From NCBI GenBank assembly GCA_046482725.1, contig JAWOEN010000166.1, positions 1-39,625 of the forward strand: 39,625 nt of DNA, in the 5' to 3' direction. This stretch comes from Candidatus Cloacimonadales bacterium (GTDB taxonomy: Bacteria > Cloacimonadota > Cloacimonadia > Cloacimonadales > TCS61). A program made the position numbers and the translations under genes. Within the stretch, counting starts at the first letter, position 1. The number at the start of each line of letters is the position of its first letter. Below are positions 35,460-39,625 of this stretch, one piece after another. The notes beneath the pieces were generated by a model, which was not told the DNA's origin, searched no databases, and worked only from the letters and a program-made list of their open reading frames with translations.

Positions 35460-37538
35460 TCAAAATTCAAATAGCTTCTCGCGCCACTGATATTTGCTGT
35501 TATAGACTTTTCTCAGCAGCTTATTTTCCGATTTGGCAAATTCCCGATCATCCTGCACAATCTCAAAAGCTAATCTGCGTGCTTGCTTCAACAATTCCTG
35601 ATCTCGCACTAAATTGGCATGCTTAAAACCGGGCAGTCCCGACTGAGCAGTTCCAAAAAAATCTCCCGGTCCGCGAATTTCCAGATCTTTTTCTGCTACC
35701 ACAAAGCCGTCGTTGGTTTCTACCATGGTCGCCAGCCTTTCGCGTCCCTCCCGGCTGATAGGTTGATGCGCGATTAGATAACAATAAGATTTGGCGCTAC
35801 CACGTCCTACTCTGCCCCGCAATTGATGCAACTGGCTCAAGCCAAAGCGTTCCGCATGTTCGATCATCATCACACTGGCGTTGGCCACATCGATGCCGAC
35901 TTCGATGACGGTGGTGGAAACCAGAATCTTGATCTCGCCTTTTTGGAAGCGCTGCATAATCTCGTCTTTGAGCGCAGTTTTCATCTTCCCATGCAAAATT
36001 TCGCTTTGATATTCCGGGAAAATCTCAGTGGATATTTTTGCGAAAAGTGTTTCCGCATCCAGCAGATCCAGCTTGGAAGATTCTTCGATCAGCGGGCAAA
36101 CAATATAGATTTGCCTGCCCGCCATCAGCTCTTTTTGGATAGCTGCATAGACCTCCCGCCGCTTTTTAGCCGATTTCCAGATGGTTTGGATCGGCTTTCT
36201 GCCCGGAGGCAATTCATCCAAAACACTCACATCCAGATCGCCATAGACGGTCATTGCCAATGAACGTGGAATGGGAGTCGCCGAGAGATAAAGCAGATCG
36301 GGATGAGAATCTCCCGCCAAAAGAGCGCGCTGCTCCACTCCAAACCGGTGCTGCTCGTCGATGGCGACAATACCCAATTTATGAAAAGAGATATCTTTTT
36401 GAATCAGAGCATGTGTACCAATTATCAGAGCAATTTCACCGGCAGCGATTTTAGCTTTTAGCGCTTTTTTACCTTTATAATTGCCACCTTTCAGCAGGGC
36501 GATCTTCAGTTGAGACTGATTTTCCAAAAATTTGTTAATTGCCAGATAGTGCTGCTCGGCCAGTAATTCCGTGGGTGCCATCAAGGCTGCCTGATAGCCG
36601 TTTTCGATCGCTAAGAGCAGGGCAAAAAGTGTAACAATCGTCTTGCCGGAACCCACATCGCCTTGCAAAAGGCGATTCATCTGCTGCGAACTGCTCATAT
36701 CATTGACGATCTCGCGAATCACTCTTTTCTGGGCAGCAGTCATTTCAAAGGGCAAAGCTTGCTTCAATTTTGTGGTGAGAGTGCGCTGCAGAGCGAAGCA
36801 AAATCCCTGTTTATCCTGATGATGAGCTTGCTGCACTCGTGCCAGCATGAGCTGAGTATAAAAAAGCTCTTCGAAAGCAAACCGCAGCTTATGCTGAGCT
36901 ACTTCCTCCGGATTGGTGCTGAAATGAATCTTTTGCAGAGCTATCTTGCGAGGTTCAAACTGATATTTTTGCAAAATATATTGAGGCAAAGTTTCTTCGA
37001 TCGCCTGATGATATTTGGCAAAAGCGTTGTAAACAAGGTCCCGCATTTTCTGCATAGTGATTTTCTCGGTGAGCGGATAGATCGGTAAAATGTTGCGAGC
37101 ATGCCAGAAATTATTTGTTTCACTGCTTTCATCCAAAATTTCTATTTCAGGATGCACCAATTGCAAACTATTTTGAAACTCTGTTACTTTACCACTAACC
37201 CAAATATTACTGCCTTCTGCCAGAGAAGATTCTATATATTTGAAATTGCGAAACCAAGTGCAGAGCAAGAAATCTTCCCCATCACTAAGATAGAGATGGA
37301 GTTGTGACCGCTGCTTTCCCAAATTGCGCTTTTCGATCTTGCTCACCTGGCCAATGATGGCACAATTATCTCCCACCGCCAGCTCGGAAATACGCTGGCT
37401 AGACTTTCTGTTGATATAAGCGCGCGGAAAATGCTCCAGCAAATCTCCGATATAATTGAGGCCCAATTTACTGAGATATCTGGCTCGAAAATCTCCCACA
37501 CCCTTGAGATATTGAATCTCATAATCTAAAGGATTCAT
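35460..37538 (-). CDS. recG: ATP-dependent DNA helicase RecG
   Basis: QGDVGSGKT, APTELLAEQH, DEQHRFGV, SATPIPR, QLRGRVGR and DLEIRGPG motifs. Confidence 0.98.
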   Translation of the reverse strand: MNPLDYEIQYLKGVGDFRARYLSKLGLNYIGDLLEHFPRAYINRKSSQRISELAVGDNCAIIGQVSKIEKRNLGKQRSQLHLYLSDGEDFLLCTWFRNFKYIESSLAEGSNIWVSGKVTEFQNSLQLVHPEIEILDESSETNNFWHARNILPIYPLTEKITMQKMRDLVYNAFAKYHQAIEETLPQYILQKYQFEPRKIALQKIHFSTNPEEVAQHKLRFAFEELFYTQLMLARVQQAHHQDKQGFCFALQRTLTTKLKQALPFEMTAAQKRVIREIVNDMSSSQQMNRLLQGDVGSGKTIVTLFALLLAIENGYQAALMAPTELLAEQHYLAINKFLENQSQLKIALLKGGNYKGKKALKAKIAAGEIALIIGTHALIQKDISFHKLGIVAIDEQHRFGVEQRALLAGDSHPDLLYLSATPIPRSLAMTVYGDLDVSVLDELPPGRKPIQTIWKSAKKRREVYAAIQKELMAGRQIYIVCPLIEESSKLDLLDAETLFAKISTEIFPEYQSEILHGKMKTALKDEIMQRFQKGEIKILVSTTVIEVGIDVANASVMMIEHAERFGLSQLHQLRGRVGRGSAKSYCYLIAHQPISREGRERLATMVETNDGFVVAEKDLEIRGPGDFFGTAQSGLPGFKHANLVRDQELLKQARRLAFEIVQDDREFAKSENKLLRKVYNSKYQWREKLFEF

Positions 37539-37852
37539 CTGTTCAACCTTCTGCTTTTTTGGATTAATATATTTACCTGCCTACTCTGCGGAGAATAACT
37601 TTATCTTGTCAATTGTAAAAAAATCAAACACGTACTAAGAGTCGGCTGATAGATTGATGTTTTTGGCTATCAGCTTGAATTTAGTAAAGAAAAATAAGCT
37701 TACCTGTCAGAAAACATCGCGTTGCTTACAAAAATAGAGAGAATATTTTATTGTAAAACAACAGCAGAGTATAACTCATAAAAAAGCCGATTAGCCCCGC
37801 TTCAACCTGAAGAATTTTATAATTTATATAGGAATGAGAAGCGTAGAATAAA

Positions 37853-38062
37853 TTACTTCTCCAGAAAATTTATCTCAAAATATTTCAAAGCCAAATAAAT
37901 GATAATTATACACAATGAAGATCCGATCCCGAAGGGCACAATTAATTGTGCTGAAATTGTGGTAATAGTAGCTATGACCTTCCACTTTAACACTATTTGG
38001 CTATTTTTCCATACTAAAAACAAGAATAATAGTACAAAAATAAACTGAAAATTAAGTCCCAT
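37853..38062 (-). CDS. Small hypothetical membrane protein (69 aa)
   Basis: GGAGGTG RBS before ATG 38062; two to three hydrophobic segments; AT-rich. Confidence 0.55.
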   Translation of the reverse strand: MGLNFQFIFVLLFLFLVWKNSQIVLKWKVIATITTISAQLIVPFGIGSSLCIIIIYLALKYFEINFLEK

Positions 38063-38218
38063 TACACCTCCAAAGTTTGATGATTTTAATCTCTTTTTCA
38101 TATTCTATAACTAGCTGCTATAAAACAATTTATATTTATCAAAATCATCTTGACTACCTCCTAACCAACAAATAAATGTCTTAAAGTCTTACTGGACAAT
38201 AAATTAAAAGCAGCCAAG

Positions 38219-38594
38219 ATGAACTATACCAATGTTATTTTACAAAATGAGTTACCTTTCGAGTACTCACTTGATGAACTGAATACTCCATTTGTTTTGG
38301 AGTAATCCAAGATGTTTGAACATCTTGATTTAAGCAATATTAAGCGATATTCTTTCGGAGTCGGACCCAATGACTATGCTAGTCACTCAATGATTAAAGC
38401 ACTCATAGTCTACGCATTGGAAGGCTATCGGTCAATACCTCAACTAATCAGGGAAGTGAAATGTAAGCCATACTTTAGCCGCTATGTTCTTGGGTTTGCG
38501 TTACTGGGAAAAAAACTGCAAACTTTTCTATTAAACTATTATCTCACAATCTCTTAGGATGTTGATTTTCAACTCCATAGTTGAACACGCCTAA
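38219..38594 (+). pseudogene. Transposase remnant (IS5/IS1182-like, DUF772-type N-terminus), internally deleted
   Basis: ATG 38219; in-frame TAA at 38303-38305. GPNDY..SMIKAL..S..L..LGF N-terminal motif is joined near 38497 to a frameshifted C-terminal-like RYW..LLSHNL..RML segment. No DDE core. Confidence 0.65.
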
Positions 38595-38742
38595 AATCAC
38601 ATATTTACTTTTTAAAGATCTCTTATTTCCTAATCTAGCAAGAAAAAAGCTTTTAAAAAATTAAATTCACTCTTTCTTCACTGATTATTTAAATCATCTC
38701 GTCCTAATCAACACTATTTTCTGCTAATTATGCAGAAGTCAT

Positions 38743-39624
38743 TTAATCTTCAATTGGTAATTCTCTATCTTTTATGAAAAAAATCTTTTCTCCATCAGGT
38801 GAAATTGAAGGAGAATAACCTTGATCAATTTCAATCGTTTCCAGATCATTTAAATTTATTACTCTTAGTGAACCTCCACTCAACACTAGTTTATTCCCAT
38901 GATAATCAATGTCAAAAAGGTGAGAATAAAAATCTGCGACTGATATTATTTCTCCATTCACGATGAAATATACTTCTAATGATTGGTTAACTCTAGATTG
39001 GTTAACTCTAGATATGAATAAAACTACATTTCCTACTCCACTAATAATGAAATACGGTAAGGTTTGTTCTTTTACAATATAATCATCGGAACCATCAATG
39101 TTAATTGACTTCAAACTATTATCTCTGGAAATTACTTGGTTATAATAAATCCTATTATCCATTTGATTTAACTTTGGTCTAACAAAAACATTAGTACTAT
39201 CAGTAATCACTTCTACATTATTTTCTCCGTTAATATCCATAATCCAGATCGAATATACAGTATCAACTTCTGATACATAGGTAATCCAATTACCATCTGC
39301 AGAAATATGAGAATCATAATCTCGAGAGTCAGGAGTTTCGGTAAGATTAATTCTATTAGAGCCATCTATATTCATGCGATAAATATCGTTGTCATCTTCA
39401 TCAATTAAATATTGTAGATCATCTGAAAAATAGTTATAATTGTGATATGAAACTGAAGAAATCTGTTCAATATTCCCGACAAAATCACGAGTAAAAATAC
39501 CTTCAGATGTTTTATACACAATTTTTTGACTGTCTTGCGTAAAAGTTGCTCGAGTATCTCCTCGCATTATCCACTCGAAATCAGTTCCATCGGAATTAAT
39601 AAGACATCCCCAAGGTTCAGCAGC
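38743..39624 (-). CDS. TolB-like/PD40 beta-propeller protein (5' end outside the window)
   Basis: Frame stays open to the window edge; repeats IYRMNIDGSNRINLT, ISADGNWITY, IWIMDING and PSISPDGEKIFF. Confidence 0.85.
   Translation of the reverse strand, partial: AAEPWGCLINSDGTDFEWIMRGDTRATFTQDSQKIVYKTSEGIFTRDFVGNIEQISSVSYHNYNYFSDDLQYLIDEDDNDIYRMNIDGSNRINLTETPDSRDYDSHISADGNWITYVSEVDTVYSIWIMDINGENNVEVITDSTNVFVRPKLNQMDNRIYYNQVISRDNSLKSINIDGSDDYIVKEQTLPYFIISGVGNVVLFISRVNQSRVNQSLEVYFIVNGEIISVADFYSHLFDIDYHGNKLVLSGGSLRVINLNDLETIEIDQGYSPSISPDGEKIFFIKDRELPIED
38981..39013. repeat. Exact 15-bp in-frame tandem duplication
   Basis: GATTGGTTAACTCTA twice plus GAT, encoding SRVNQ-SRVNQ-S. Confidence 0.9.
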
Positions 39625-39625
39625 G

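Noticed and set aside
37645-37674. Hairpin GCTGATAG-N14-CTATCAGC in the recG upstream region, considered as ncRNA or attC
   Set aside because: No attC core-site pair, tRNA or riboswitch features; at most a weak terminator for the small membrane gene.
38108-38742. Possible IS terminal inverted repeats (ACTAGCTGCTATAA on the left versus TTATGCAGAAGTC on the right)
   Set aside because: The alignment needs two gaps in about 14 nt and no target duplication is evident, so element ends were not called.
1-39625. CRISPR array, tRNA or rRNA genes
   Set aside because: No regularly spaced direct repeats or structural RNA consensus seen; most intergenic spaces are short and explained by terminators or promoters.

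Overview
Gene-dense bacterial chromosomal segment, mostly core genome. The gene set suggests an anaerobic diderm, most likely Candidatus Cloacimonadota; this is inferred from the ...KKMILLK FlgD/T9SS-type C-terminal domain and the gene context, not from a marker gene. Left to right: (1) a minus-strand trio of a 140-aa unknown, a GlmL/MutL-family ASKHA ATPase and a 374-aa barrel-sandwich-hybrid/KOW protein, with no B12 mutase nearby; (2) comF, a phosphatidylserine-decarboxylase-like protein lacking the catalytic Ser, purB, a LolB-like lipoprotein, lgt and an orphan etfB; (3) an AEC transporter and a large secreted BNR/YCF48 beta-propeller protein; (4) a three-gene transcarboxylase-like operon (12S-like carboxyltransferase, 60-aa linker, 5S fused to a biotin carrier); (5) an NhaP antiporter; (6) M23-xseB-ispA-dut-methyltransferase-degenerate ftsE/ftsX-pgsA-lipoprotein; (7) ptb, rlmH, cdd, trxB; (8) an expanded elongasome operon, mreB-mreC-[CofE-like ligase]-mreD-mrdA-rodA-[CBM lipoprotein]-[86-aa unknown]; (9) an Ldh_2 dehydrogenase and recG; (10) an AT-rich accessory edge with an internally deleted IS and a partial TolB-like gene. 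I recognised no rRNA, tRNA or CRISPR array. The best candidates for an undescribed system are the mutase-less GlmL module and the CofE-like ligase inside the mre operon. All family calls come from motif recognition by eye; no searches were run.
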